A stretch of DNA of 19,223 nucleotides from an uncultured Pseudomonadota bacterium (GCA_913020725.1 CAJWCD010000069.1:1-19223); one strand, 5' to 3'. Positions 1-9,080 are shown, counted from the first letter of the stretch. The notes: generated by a model not told the origin, from the sequence alone. A program made the numbers and translations.

Positions 1-131
1 CCCTTTTCGTTCAACCTGCGGCGTTCTGAGTATCCGAATTTTTTCAGAAGTCGGTACCATTGGGTTCTTGCGAGACCATCATATATTCTGCAAGGGATTT
101 TCTTTGCTTCACCCTTCTTCTCTGCTCCGCT

Positions 132-563
132 TCAGTATATTTTCTCCAGCAATCGAAGCAAGGTTTGAATCTCCTGAGAGGTGAGGCGCTGGCAGACTTC
201 GGCCTCGTGCTGGAGGATTTTCGGCCAGAGTTGCTTCAGCAAGGTCTTGCCTTGCGGGGTGAGGTCAATCTGGTGCCGCCGTCGATCCTCGCGGGAACGT
301 TGGCGTTTCACCCAGCCTTTGGCCTCCAGCTTGTCGAGAATGGCGACCATTGAGGTACGGTCGATTCCGGTGGCACTGGCGAGGTCGGTTTGGCTGAGTC
401 CGGCGTTTTGGCCGATGAGCATCAGCAGTCCGTGCCGTCCGGGAGTGAGCCCGTCCTCGGCGATCTTCTCAAAGAAATCTTGAAAAATCGCGCTCTGTGC
501 TCGCCGTAGCTGATAACCGATCAGTTGCGAGAGCTCGCCAAATTCGATTCCGGATGGGATCAT
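132..563 (-). CDS. MarR-family transcriptional regulator, divergent from the catabolic operon
   Basis: 143-aa ORF with a MarR winged-helix pattern (LSQTDLASATGIDRTSMVAILDKLEAKGWVKR...DRRRHQIDLTPQG) and N-terminal IGYQLRRAQ. Confidence 0.93.
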   Translation of the reverse strand: MIPSGIEFGELSQLIGYQLRRAQSAIFQDFFEKIAEDGLTPGRHGLLMLIGQNAGLSQTDLASATGIDRTSMVAILDKLEAKGWVKRQRSREDRRRHQIDLTPQGKTLLKQLWPKILQHEAEVCQRLTSQEIQTLLRLLEKIY

Positions 564-581
564 GGGGGCGTTTATTTTTTG

Positions 582-610
582 ATTATATGGACAAATTGTT
601 TGACATACAA
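582..610 (-). promoter_or_regulatory. Putative sigma70 promoter of the marR gene
   Basis: On the minus strand: TTGTAT (610-605), 17-nt spacer, TATAAT (587-582), about 20 nt before the ATG at 563. Confidence 0.65.
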
Positions 611-619
611 ATAATTTGT
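591..619. promoter_or_regulatory. Palindromic operator, probable MarR binding site
   Basis: ACAAATTGTTTG-acata-CAAATAATTTGT is an inverted repeat matching at 11 of 12 bp. It overlaps the marR -35 and a plus-strand TTGACA (600-605). Confidence 0.7.
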
Positions 620-696
620 GATGTCATTGATGTCAAGAGGTTTCTGGATAAGCAAAATTTTGCGCAGGTTGCCTCTGCCTATTTATCAGGAGAATT

Positions 697-1995
697 GTGC
701 CGTTTTTTGATCAAGCCACCGAAACCTTGTCTCGCGCAGAATTGCAGGCATTGCAAGAGCGCAAGCTACGGTCGCTGCTGGAGCAGCTTGCCGGACGCAA
801 CCGTTTCTACACTGAAAAGCTGAAAGCAGCGGGTGTGGCCTTTACGGAAATCCAAGCGCTGGACGATCTCTCCCGCCTGCCGTTGACGACCAAGTCCGAG
901 TTGGTGGAAGCACAACACGTCGCTCCCCCCTTTGGCACGAATGCAACCTTTCCGGAAACGGCGTACACGCGCTTTCACCAAACCTCCGGGACGACAGGAA
1001 CACCATTGCGCGTTTTGGACACTCCAGAAAGCTGGCATTGGTGGGGAAAGTGCTGGGGGCATGTGCTGGCAGGTGCGGGGTTGACGGCGGAAGATCGGCT
1101 CTTCCTGCCGTTTTCGTTTGGCCCGTTCATCGGTTTCTGGGCAACGGTCGAGGGTTCCCGGCAGTTGGGCACCCTGATGATTCCGGGGGGTGGGCGCGAT
1201 TCCTTGCAGCGTTTGCAGTTGATGAAGGAACTGGGCGCCACGGCGATCTGCTGCACCCCAACTTATGCGCTGCGGCTCGCCGAGGTGGCACGGGAATCCG
1301 GCTTCGACCTTGGCGACATTCCGATCCGCGTCACGGTTCATGCCGGAGAACCGGGCGCAAACCTGCCCGCGACCAAAGCCCGCATTGAAGAAACGTGGGG
1401 CGCCAAGTGCTTCGACCACGCCGGAGCCTCGGAAGTCGGAGCGCACAGCTTTGAGTGCGAGGCACAACCCGGCGGGACACACGTCATCGAAAGTGAGTTC
1501 ATCATCGAAGTGCTGGACCCGGAAACCGGCAAAGTGTGCACTCCGGGAGAGACCGGGGAACTGATCATCACCAATCTGGGGCGGATCGGCTACCCCATCC
1601 TGCGTTACCGCACAGGCGACTTGGTGCGTCTCAATCCAGAACCATGCGCATGTGGGCGCACCTGGACACGCTTCGAGGGCGGGGTGTTGGGTCGTGCCGA
1701 TGACATGGTGATCGTGCGTGGGGTCAACGTCTTTCCCAGCGCGATTGAAAACTTGGTGCGCCGCTTCGAGGAAGTGGACGAGTATCGCGTCACCGTTTCC
1801 AAAAGAGGGGAGTTGGGAGAACTGAGCATCGAGGTGGAACTAGCCAAAAACACGGATTCCGAAAATACCCGGCAGGCGATTGCGCACACCCTCCAGGACA
1901 AACTGGGGCTGCGGCCCTCCGTCACAGTGGCGCCGCACGGCACCCTGCCGCGTTTCGAGATGAAGGCCAAACGGTTTCATGCAAGTGGCCGATGA
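697..1995 (+). CDS. Phenylacetate-CoA ligase (PaaK)-like aryl-CoA ligase
   Basis: 432 aa with an AGGAG RBS before the GTG. Adenylate-forming motifs HQTSGTTG, DHAGASEVG, RYRTGD and GRADDM..RGVNVFP. The substrate cannot be determined from sequence. Confidence 0.88.
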   Translation: MPFFDQATETLSRAELQALQERKLRSLLEQLAGRNRFYTEKLKAAGVAFTEIQALDDLSRLPLTTKSELVEAQHVAPPFGTNATFPETAYTRFHQTSGTTGTPLRVLDTPESWHWWGKCWGHVLAGAGLTAEDRLFLPFSFGPFIGFWATVEGSRQLGTLMIPGGGRDSLQRLQLMKELGATAICCTPTYALRLAEVARESGFDLGDIPIRVTVHAGEPGANLPATKARIEETWGAKCFDHAGASEVGAHSFECEAQPGGTHVIESEFIIEVLDPETGKVCTPGETGELIITNLGRIGYPILRYRTGDLVRLNPEPCACGRTWTRFEGGVLGRADDMVIVRGVNVFPSAIENLVRRFEEVDEYRVTVSKRGELGELSIEVELAKNTDSENTRQAIAHTLQDKLGLRPSVTVAPHGTLPRFEMKAKRFHASGR

Positions 1996-2251
1996 AGTTT
2001 GAGTTTGACGCGCAAAAGAGTAAAGTGAACAAAACCAAGCACGGTGTTGATTTTGTCGAAGCCCAAACTCTGTGGAAAGACTTTGACCGTCTGGAAATCC
2101 GGGCAAGAACTGAGGATGAACCGAGGTCTTTGGTGGTTGGAAAAATTGGGACAAACATTGGTCTGCCATTATCACTTATCGCAACAAGAGTGTGCGGATT
2201 ATCTCCGTTAGGCGTTCACGCAAAGAAGAAAGCAGGCTGTATGAAAGCTAA
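1992..2251 (+). pseudogene. brnT: BrnT-family toxin, frameshifted
   Basis: MKFEFDAQKSKVNKTKHGVDFVEAQ...LVVGKIG continues in the -1 frame from about 2150 as DKHWSAIITYRNKSVRIISVRRSRKEESRLYES* (TAA 2249-2251). One base is missing near GGG 2148-2150. Confidence 0.85.
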
Positions 2252-2468
2252 AGAGTTAGACCAAACCTTTGATGAAGGAAAAGACATTTCTGGTTTTTTG
2301 GATTTATCCACGGCAGCAAGACCAGGACAAGCAAAAAAACGCATCAACTTGAATGCCCCCGTATGGATGGTGCAGTCCTTGGACAAACTAGCGACGTGCA
2401 GGAGGATTTCTCGACAGGCGTTGATTAAAATTTGGTTGAGCGAAAAAATTAAGCAAGCAGAAATATAA
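2241..2468 (+). CDS. CopG/RHH-type (BrnA-like) antitoxin
   Basis: 75 aa from ATG 2241, overlapping the restored toxin stop: MKAKELDQTFDEGKDISGFLDLS...KRINLNAPVWMVQSLDK..SRQALIKIWL. This is the typical partner of this BrnT subtype. Confidence 0.8.
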   Translation: MKAKELDQTFDEGKDISGFLDLSTAARPGQAKKRINLNAPVWMVQSLDKLATCRRISRQALIKIWLSEKIKQAEI

Positions 2469-2497
2469 CCCCGTTACGAAAGTCACTCCGGTATCCC

Positions 2498-2989
2498 ATG
2501 AAACAACTGCTGACCCTGAGCGTCAACGGCGAGACTCACGAGGTCTGGGTCTCGGTGCATAAGACGTTGCTGGAGGTGCTGCGCGAGGACTTGCACTTGA
2601 CCGGAACCAAGCATGGCTGCGAGTTGGGCGAGTGCGGCGCGTGTTCGGTTTTGGTGGATGGCGAATCTGCGCTTGCCTGCCTGCTGCTGCCGATTGAGGC
2701 ACAAGGCAGAGAAATCATCACTGTGGAGGGACTTGCCGAAAACGGGAAGCCGCATCCTTTGCAGACGGCCTTTGCGGAACTGGAGGCCTCGCAGTGCGGG
2801 TATTGTACTCCAGCGATGCTGGTCACCGCCAAGGCGTTGCTCGACCGAAATCCGCATCCGGACCGTGCAACCATCCGGGAAGCCTTGGCGGGCAACCTCT
2901 GCCGCTGCACCGGATACGGGAAAATCGTGGATGCCGTGCAGCAGGCCGCAGGGCAACTCAACTCTGCAACGGAGGCGCCCCATGCCTGA
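2498..2989 (+). CDS. hcrC: 2x[2Fe-2S] subunit of a 4-hydroxybenzoyl-CoA reductase-like molybdoenzyme
   Basis: GTKHGCELGECGACSV, SQCGYCTP and GNLCRCTGY motifs of the CoxS/XdhC family, adjacent to hcrA and hcrB. Confidence 0.9.
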   Translation: MKQLLTLSVNGETHEVWVSVHKTLLEVLREDLHLTGTKHGCELGECGACSVLVDGESALACLLLPIEAQGREIITVEGLAENGKPHPLQTAFAELEASQCGYCTPAMLVTAKALLDRNPHPDRATIREALAGNLCRCTGYGKIVDAVQQAAGQLNSATEAPHA

Positions 2990-5366
2990 GGCACAAACCT
3001 TCCAGACGGTCGGGAAGTTCCGTCCTAAGTTTGACTCGCATAGCAAAGTGCAGGGTGAGACCGTTTATGCGGACGACCTCTTTCTGCCAAGAATGCTCTA
3101 TGCAAAATTGTTGCGCAGTCCACATCCGCACGCTCGTATTACGCGCATTGACACCACGGCGGCCTTGCAGCGTCCGGGCGTGGTCTCGGTGATCACGGGC
3201 AAGGATGTGCCAATTCCCTACGGCATCCTGCCCGTCAGTCAGGACGAGGAAGCACTTTGCGGCGAAAAGGTGCGGATGGTCGGCGATCCGGTGGCGGCGG
3301 TGGCGGCGCTTGACGAGGAAACTGCTGAGGCCGCGCTGGAAGACATCATGGTCGAGTACGATCTGCTGCCCTCGATCATGTCCATCGAGGAGGGTTTAAG
3401 GCAGGATGAGGTGCAAATCCATGAATACGCTGATCGTGGCAACATCCACAAGCAGGTGGCGCTGGAATTCGGCAATGTCGAATCCGGATTCGCAGAGGCG
3501 GATCATATTCGCGAGGATATTTTCTACTACGAGGGCAACACCCACATGCCGATGGAGCAACACGCTGCGGTGGCGCAGTGTGGCGCCGACGGGCGCGTGA
3601 CGCTGTGGTCCTCCACGCAGACTCCGCACTATGTGCATCGGGTGTTGGCGAAGGTCCTAGAACTACCTGCGAGCCGCATCCGGGTGATTGCCACACCGGT
3701 TGGAGGAGGTTTTGGCGGCAAGACCGATCCCTTCAGCCACGAGGTCGTCGTCTGCAAACTGGCGATGCTCACGGGTCGTCCGGTGAAGCTCACGCTCAAC
3801 CGCGAGGAAGTGTTCTACTGCCACCGGGGGCGACATCCGGTGTTGATGTGGGTCAAGACGGGCATGAAGCGCGACGGTTCGATCACGGCGATGCACTTCC
3901 GCTCACACCTCGATGGTGGGGCTTACGGCAGCTACGGCGTGGCCAGCACCTACTACACCGGTGCCTTGCAGACCATCACCTATCCGATTGCGAACTACAA
4001 GTTCGAGGGCATGCGGGTCTTCACGAACAAGCCACCCTGCGGCCCCAAGCGTGGGCACGGCACGCCCCAGCCGAGATTTGCCCTTGAGGTTCAACTCGAC
4101 AAGTTCGCAGAAGACCTTGGACTTGACCCGGTCGAGTTGCGCCTCAAGCACCTGATGCCCCCCAACACGAAGGCAATCAACCACCTCACAGTCACGACCA
4201 TCGGGTTGAAGGAGTGCATCGAGAAAGTTGTGGAGGCATCAGGCTTTCAGGAACGGCGCAAGTCGTTGCCGTTAGGCAAGGGACTGGGGCTGGCCTGTGG
4301 CGCGTATCTCACTGGAGCCGGACTGCCGATTTACTGGAACAAGATGCCGCATTCCGGAGTGCAGCTTAAGGTGGATCGTGGGGGCGGCGTCACGGTGTTC
4401 TGCGGTAGCACCGATATTGGACAAGGTTCGAATTTCATCCTTGCAACCATCGTTGCAGAGGAATTCGGGATTGATCCGGAACACGTTATCGTTGTGACAG
4501 CGGATACGGATTTGACACCTGTGGACCTTGGCAGCTATTCCAGCCGTGTGACGCTGATGACTGGAAATGCGGTGATTGCCGCCGTCCGTCCACTCCGGAA
4601 GCAAATCCTCGTCGCTGCCGCCGAGGTGCTGGATAAAACTTCCGATGAGTTGACGATTGCAAACGGCGAGGTTGTTGCCCTAAATGGTTCTGGCGATCCG
4701 GTTCCGTTTGCGGAAGCGGTGCAGTGGGCCGAGGTGAAGTACGGCACCCTTGGCTCCGTGGGCAGCTACAAACCACCACGCCGGGGCGGACGTTTCAAAG
4801 GTGCTGGAGTGGGACCGTCTCCGAACTACAGCTACTCCGCTTGCATTGCCGAAGTCACCTGCGATCCGGACACGGGGTTGTACTCCGTGGACAAACTCTG
4901 GCTCGCTCACGATGTGGGCCGAGCTATCAATCCCACGCAGGTGCTAGGGCAGGTCGAGGGCAGCGCCTACATGGGTTTGGGCGAGGTGATGATGGAAGAG
5001 CAGGTCTTCCGGCGTGGACTGCACAAAGGCCCCTCGCTGCTCGACTACAAAAGCCCAACTTTTCTGGAAACCCCGGAAATGGAAGTTTTCCTGATTGAGA
5101 CCAACGATCCGGAAGGTCCGTATGGTGCGAAGGAAGCCGGACAGGGGCCGTTGTTGCCGATCATGCCTGCAGTCGCCAATGCGCTCTACAACGCGGTTGG
5201 AGTGCGTGTTGACGAAATTCCAGTTGCACCTGAAAAAGTGTTCCGAGGCTTACAAGCCTTGTCTGCGGGCAAGGACGGGCGTGTTGGTCCCACGAAAGTT
5301 CCGGACGTGGAATTCCCCGAGCCGATTCGGGTCGATCCTCCGGACGATTTGCCGTACCCGAACTGA
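2982..5366 (+). CDS. hcrA: Molybdopterin-binding large subunit, 4-hydroxybenzoyl-CoA reductase alpha-like
   Basis: Start reassigned to ATG 2982 (GGAGG at 2971-2975), giving 794 aa. Xanthine oxidase-family motifs GGGFGGK, RGHG, DLGSYSSR and GAKEAG. Confidence 0.88.
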   Translation: MPEAQTFQTVGKFRPKFDSHSKVQGETVYADDLFLPRMLYAKLLRSPHPHARITRIDTTAALQRPGVVSVITGKDVPIPYGILPVSQDEEALCGEKVRMVGDPVAAVAALDEETAEAALEDIMVEYDLLPSIMSIEEGLRQDEVQIHEYADRGNIHKQVALEFGNVESGFAEADHIREDIFYYEGNTHMPMEQHAAVAQCGADGRVTLWSSTQTPHYVHRVLAKVLELPASRIRVIATPVGGGFGGKTDPFSHEVVVCKLAMLTGRPVKLTLNREEVFYCHRGRHPVLMWVKTGMKRDGSITAMHFRSHLDGGAYGSYGVASTYYTGALQTITYPIANYKFEGMRVFTNKPPCGPKRGHGTPQPRFALEVQLDKFAEDLGLDPVELRLKHLMPPNTKAINHLTVTTIGLKECIEKVVEASGFQERRKSLPLGKGLGLACGAYLTGAGLPIYWNKMPHSGVQLKVDRGGGVTVFCGSTDIGQGSNFILATIVAEEFGIDPEHVIVVTADTDLTPVDLGSYSSRVTLMTGNAVIAAVRPLRKQILVAAAEVLDKTSDELTIANGEVVALNGSGDPVPFAEAVQWAEVKYGTLGSVGSYKPPRRGGRFKGAGVGPSPNYSYSACIAEVTCDPDTGLYSVDKLWLAHDVGRAINPTQVLGQVEGSAYMGLGEVMMEEQVFRRGLHKGPSLLDYKSPTFLETPEMEVFLIETNDPEGPYGAKEAGQGPLLPIMPAVANALYNAVGVRVDEIPVAPEKVFRGLQALSAGKDGRVGPTKVPDVEFPEPIRVDPPDDLPYPN

Positions 5367-5375
5367 GCCGAAACC

Positions 5376-6356
5376 ATGCTGCGTTTGCCGCCCTTTGAAT
5401 TCCTTGCGCCGCAGTCCGTGGCCGAGGCTGTTGCGCTGAAAGCCGAGCATGGCACGGATGCGATGTTTGTGGCCGGAGGCACGGACCTTTACCCAAACAT
5501 GAAGCGCCGCCAGTTTGAGCCGCCCAAGCTGATCGGCCTGAGTGCGCTGCAGGAACTCCACACCCTTGAGTTTGACGAGGGACTGACCCTTGGCGCAGGA
5601 GTCTCCCTCAGCAAAATTGCGTCCCATCCGGAACTCCAGAAACACTACCCCGCCTTGGCAGACGCGGCAGCCTTAGTGTCCTCGCCGCAGTTGCGGAGCA
5701 TGGGCACCATCGGCGGCAACCTCTGTGTGGACACGCGCTGCACCTACTACGACCAGACTTTTGCCTGGCGCAAGGCGCTGGGCTTCTGCATGAAAAAGGA
5801 TGGCGACATTTGCTGGGTCGCCCGCAGCAGCCCTAAGTGCCTCGCAGTGTCCTCGTCCGATTGCGCGCCGCTGGTGATTGCGCTGGATGCAGAATTCCGG
5901 CTGCTGGGATCGGCAGGCGAGCGCACGGTTCCGGCGTCTGCGTTCTACCAAAACGATGGCATGGCTTACCTCCAAAAACACGAGGACGAGCTGCTGGTTT
6001 CGCTGAAATTTCCGCCCCGCAACGGCTGGCGCATGAGCTACCAGAAACTGCGACGACGTGGTTCAATTGACTTCCCGCTGCTTGGCGTGGCAACGGCTTT
6101 GCGCTTGTCCGAGGACGACATCTGTGCGGAAGCGCGGATCGTGCTGGGTGCGGTGGCCTCGTGTCCACTCCAAGCAGAGGATGCAGAAGCCGCGCTCGTC
6201 GGGAAGGCGATTACGCCGGAGCGTATTCAGCAAGCCGCGCAACTTGCCGCCAGACTCGCCAAGCCGATGGACAACACCGACATGAGCTTGGGCTATCGCA
6301 AGAAAGTGACGACTGTGTTTGTGGCGAAGGCACTACAAGCGGCACTAGAGGGATAA
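5376..6356 (+). CDS. hcrB: FAD/[4Fe-4S] subunit, 4-hydroxybenzoyl-CoA reductase beta-like
   Basis: FAD motifs AGGTDL and TIGGNL, plus the HcrB-diagnostic Cys insert C-x15-C-x7-C-x8-C (RCTYY...GFCMKKDGDICWVARSSPKC). Confidence 0.9.
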   Translation: MLRLPPFEFLAPQSVAEAVALKAEHGTDAMFVAGGTDLYPNMKRRQFEPPKLIGLSALQELHTLEFDEGLTLGAGVSLSKIASHPELQKHYPALADAAALVSSPQLRSMGTIGGNLCVDTRCTYYDQTFAWRKALGFCMKKDGDICWVARSSPKCLAVSSSDCAPLVIALDAEFRLLGSAGERTVPASAFYQNDGMAYLQKHEDELLVSLKFPPRNGWRMSYQKLRRRGSIDFPLLGVATALRLSEDDICAEARIVLGAVASCPLQAEDAEAALVGKAITPERIQQAAQLAARLAKPMDNTDMSLGYRKKVTTVFVAKALQAALEG

Positions 6357-6796
6357 TGCCCTTCATCCAATCCCGGATTGTCCGTTGGGGCGACTGCGAT
6401 CCTGCGGGCATCATCTATACCCCCCGGATTCTCGACTATGCCATTGAGACGGTCGAGACGTGTTTGCGCGAAGTGATGGGTGCATCGTGGAATGTCATGC
6501 GGGAGCAGCACAACATTGGCGGACCGACCGTGCATTTCGAGTGCGACATTCGCAAGCCGCTCGCTCCGGACATGGCGGTGGACTTGGTGTTGACGCTCGA
6601 AAAGCTCGGCAGGAGTTCCATGACCTCCCGGATTGTTTGTGTTGATGCCGAGGGCGTGGAATACTTCCGGGTTCTGCTGGTGAATTGTTTCGTCACCGGT
6701 GATTCCCCAACGGACATCCGGGCGCTTCCGATTTCGGAGACATGGCGGGAGCGGCTGAAAACCTTGATTACGGAAAACGCTACAGAGGATGGTTGA
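6356..6796 (+). CDS. 4HBT-family (hotdog) acyl-CoA thioesterase
   Basis: Start at ATG 6356, overlapping the hcrB stop (TAATG), giving 146 aa. Motif VRWGDCDPAGIIY. Confidence 0.88.
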   Translation: MPFIQSRIVRWGDCDPAGIIYTPRILDYAIETVETCLREVMGASWNVMREQHNIGGPTVHFECDIRKPLAPDMAVDLVLTLEKLGRSSMTSRIVCVDAEGVEYFRVLLVNCFVTGDSPTDIRALPISETWRERLKTLITENATEDG

Positions 6797-6821
6797 CTTT
6801 TCCTATGGTGATAGGTATACT
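6793..6821 (+). promoter_or_regulatory. Internal sigma70 promoter for the ABC transporter unit, with a palindrome in the spacer
   Basis: TTGACT (6793-6798), 17-nt spacer, TATACT (6816-6821). CCTAT-ggtg-ATAGG lies at 6802-6815. Confidence 0.7.
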
Positions 6822-6887
6822 CCATCGCTTTCCAGCAGACCTAAAAGTTAGGTTCGCATTTTCTTGACTTCTCTCAGAAAGATGACT

Positions 6888-8057
6888 ATGAAAAAAATCG
6901 CTGCGATTCTGGCAAGCTTCGCCTTGCTGGCCACCTCCACCGCGTTGGCGGACACCGTGAAGATCGGCTTTGTCACCACCCTCACGGGCGGGGCCGGGGC
7001 GATGGGCAACGACATGCGGGACGCTGCGGAACTCGCACTTGACCACTTGGATCGCAAGATGGGCGGCTTGGATGTGCAAATGATCTACGAGGACGATGGC
7101 TTCAAGCCGGAAGTCGGCAAACAGAAGACCGAAAAACTTGTCAAAAAGGACCGGGTTCACTTCGTGGGTGGTTACATTTGGAGTCATGTTTTGCTCGCCT
7201 CGCGAGGTTCTGTGGTTGGCAAGGGGCCGTTCATGATCAGTTCCAACGCTGGACCTTCCCCCGTCGCGGGCAAGCTCTGTCACGAGGATTTCTTCTCGAC
7301 CTCTTGGCAGAATGACCAGACCCCGATGGCGATGGGCGAGGTCTTGAACCAGATGGGTATCAAAAACCTCTACATCATGGCTCCGAACTATGCTGCCGGA
7401 AAGAACATGGTTTCGGGTGTGGAGCGCACCTTCAAAGGCAAGATCGTTGGCAAAGACATGACTAAGTTCCCCGCCCAGCTAGATTTCTCGGCGGAACTGG
7501 CCAAGGTCCGCTCAGTTAAACCTGATGCAGTGTTCATTTTCTATCCGGGCAAGCACGGAGTTCAATTCTTCAAACAGTACGCGCAGTCCGGCCTGAAGGG
7601 AAACATCCCGCTCTACTCGGTGTTTGCAATCGATGCGCTCAGCTTGCCGCGCATTGGAGATCTGGTCGAAGGCACCCTAATGACCCAGTTCTGGGCACCG
7701 GATTTGGCAACACCTGTCTCTAAAATCTTTGTACAGGACTACCGCAAAAAGTATGGGCGCTACCCTACTTTCTACGCGGCCCAGTCCTATGACACGATCA
7801 TGTTGATCGACAGCGCGGTGCGGGCGGTCAACGGAGACCTCAGCAACAAAGATGGCATGCGGGCAGCCATGCGCCGGGCGGCTTTCCCCTCGGTGCGGGG
7901 ACCGTTCCGCTACGGCAACAACCACATGCCCATCCAGAATTTTTACTTGCGCAAGGTGGTCAAGGATGCTGAGGGCAACTACACGACAAGCATCGTGAAG
8001 ACGGTTTACACCAACCACCAAGATCCTTACGCGAAGGACTGCAAGATGTCTTGGTAA
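6888..8057 (+). CDS. ABC transporter substrate-binding protein, Liv/HbaE-like (likely aromatic acids)
   Basis: Signal peptide MKKIAAILASFALLATSTALA, then DTVKIGF...; motifs EDDGFKPEVG, SNAGPS and PNYAAG. The start may be 6882 or 6888. Confidence 0.9.
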   Translation: MKKIAAILASFALLATSTALADTVKIGFVTTLTGGAGAMGNDMRDAAELALDHLDRKMGGLDVQMIYEDDGFKPEVGKQKTEKLVKKDRVHFVGGYIWSHVLLASRGSVVGKGPFMISSNAGPSPVAGKLCHEDFFSTSWQNDQTPMAMGEVLNQMGIKNLYIMAPNYAAGKNMVSGVERTFKGKIVGKDMTKFPAQLDFSAELAKVRSVKPDAVFIFYPGKHGVQFFKQYAQSGLKGNIPLYSVFAIDALSLPRIGDLVEGTLMTQFWAPDLATPVSKIFVQDYRKKYGRYPTFYAAQSYDTIMLIDSAVRAVNGDLSNKDGMRAAMRRAAFPSVRGPFRYGNNHMPIQNFYLRKVVKDAEGNYTTSIVKTVYTNHQDPYAKDCKMSW

Positions 8058-8069
8058 GCTCATCTGACC

Positions 8070-8106
8070 AGATGGAGGAGCCCCGCTCCTCCATCTTTTT
8101 TGTTTT
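8070..8106 (+). terminator. Intrinsic terminator or stabilising hairpin after the binding-protein gene
   Basis: Perfect 12-bp stem AGATGGAGGAGC-ccc-GCTCCTCCATCT followed by TTTTTGTTTT. Confidence 0.85.
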
Positions 8107-8153
8107 CACATTCCTCAGTCCCATCCCCCACACTCACCGAGAAATAGGTTTAA

Positions 8154-9080
8154 GTGAGCTGGACCCTGCTCTTGGAGCAAATGCTCAACGGTTTCCAGTT
8201 GGGCTTCTTGCTGTTCCTGATCGCCGCCGGACTCACGCTGGTGTTTGGGATCATGGACTTCATCAACCTTGCGCACGGCTCGCTCTACATGGTGGGAGCG
8301 TACTTCGCGGCGACCTTCACCGAGTGGACGGGATCGTATTATTGGGGGGTGTTGTTGTCGTTGCCCGCTGCGTTGCTCGTTGGGGTCATCGTTGAAATCG
8401 TGGCGTTGCGAACGCTCTACGCCCGCGATCACCTCGATCAGGTGCTGGCGACCTTTGGATTAATTCTTTTCTTTGACGAAGGAGTGCGCTTGATCTGGGG
8501 GCCAATCGGACTCGACATTCCTCTCCCAGAAGCACTGAATCACAGCGTTGAGCTGATTCCGGACATTCCTTACCACACGCATCGTCTGGCGATCATTGCG
8601 GTGGGGATTGCTGTGGCGATCCTGCTCTGGGCACTTGTGACCAAAACGCGCATCGGTATGCTCATCCGTGCCGGAGCGAGCAACCGCCGCATGGTGAGTG
8701 CCCTAGGCGTGAACATCAAACTGCTCTACACGCTCGTTTTCGGACTGGGTGCGGTTCTGGCAGCGCTAGCGGGCGCGATGGATGGTCCCTTGCGCACCGC
8801 AGAGGTCGGCATGGGCAACGACATCCTCATCCTCGCTTTCGTGGTCACGGTCATCGGCGGAGTCGGCTCGATTCAGGGAGCCTTGATCGCAGCCCTGCTC
8901 GTCGGTTTGATTGACACAGTGGGACGCTCCTTCCTTCCGGATTTGCTGGGTTTCTTCGTTTCTAATAACTTTGCAGACACCGCAGGTCCGGCACTTTCCT
9001 CGATGCTGATTTACCTGCTGATGGCCGTGATTCTCGCCATCCGCCCGCAGGGCTTGTTCCCGCCGCGAGGAGCGCAATGA
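8154..9080 (+). CDS. livH: Branched-chain-type ABC permease (LivH-like)
   Basis: Hydrophobic 308-aa ORF with GLTLVFGIMDFINLAHG and VIGGVGS..GA. Confidence 0.92.
   Translation: MSWTLLLEQMLNGFQLGFLLFLIAAGLTLVFGIMDFINLAHGSLYMVGAYFAATFTEWTGSYYWGVLLSLPAALLVGVIVEIVALRTLYARDHLDQVLATFGLILFFDEGVRLIWGPIGLDIPLPEALNHSVELIPDIPYHTHRLAIIAVGIAVAILLWALVTKTRIGMLIRAGASNRRMVSALGVNIKLLYTLVFGLGAVLAALAGAMDGPLRTAEVGMGNDILILAFVVTVIGGVGSIQGALIAALLVGLIDTVGRSFLPDLLGFFVSNNFADTAGPALSSMLIYLLMAVILAIRPQGLFPPRGAQ

Noticed and set aside
617..641. FNR or CRP site in the marR-ligase intergenic region
   Set aside because: Only half-sites (TGTGA, TTGAT) are present, without correctly spaced partners.
2028..2054. Near-repeat with 17372-17398 as a recombination site
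   Set aside because: Both encode the conserved BrnT motif NKTKHGVDF and differ only at third codon positions.
2613..2981. N-terminal 123 aa of the 917-aa ORF in the track
   Set aside because: It overlaps hcrC in another frame. The RBS and family similarity begin at ATG 2982.
6161..6355. Upstream extension of the thioesterase ORF
   Set aside because: It lies inside hcrB. The coupled ATG at 6356 directly precedes the family motif.
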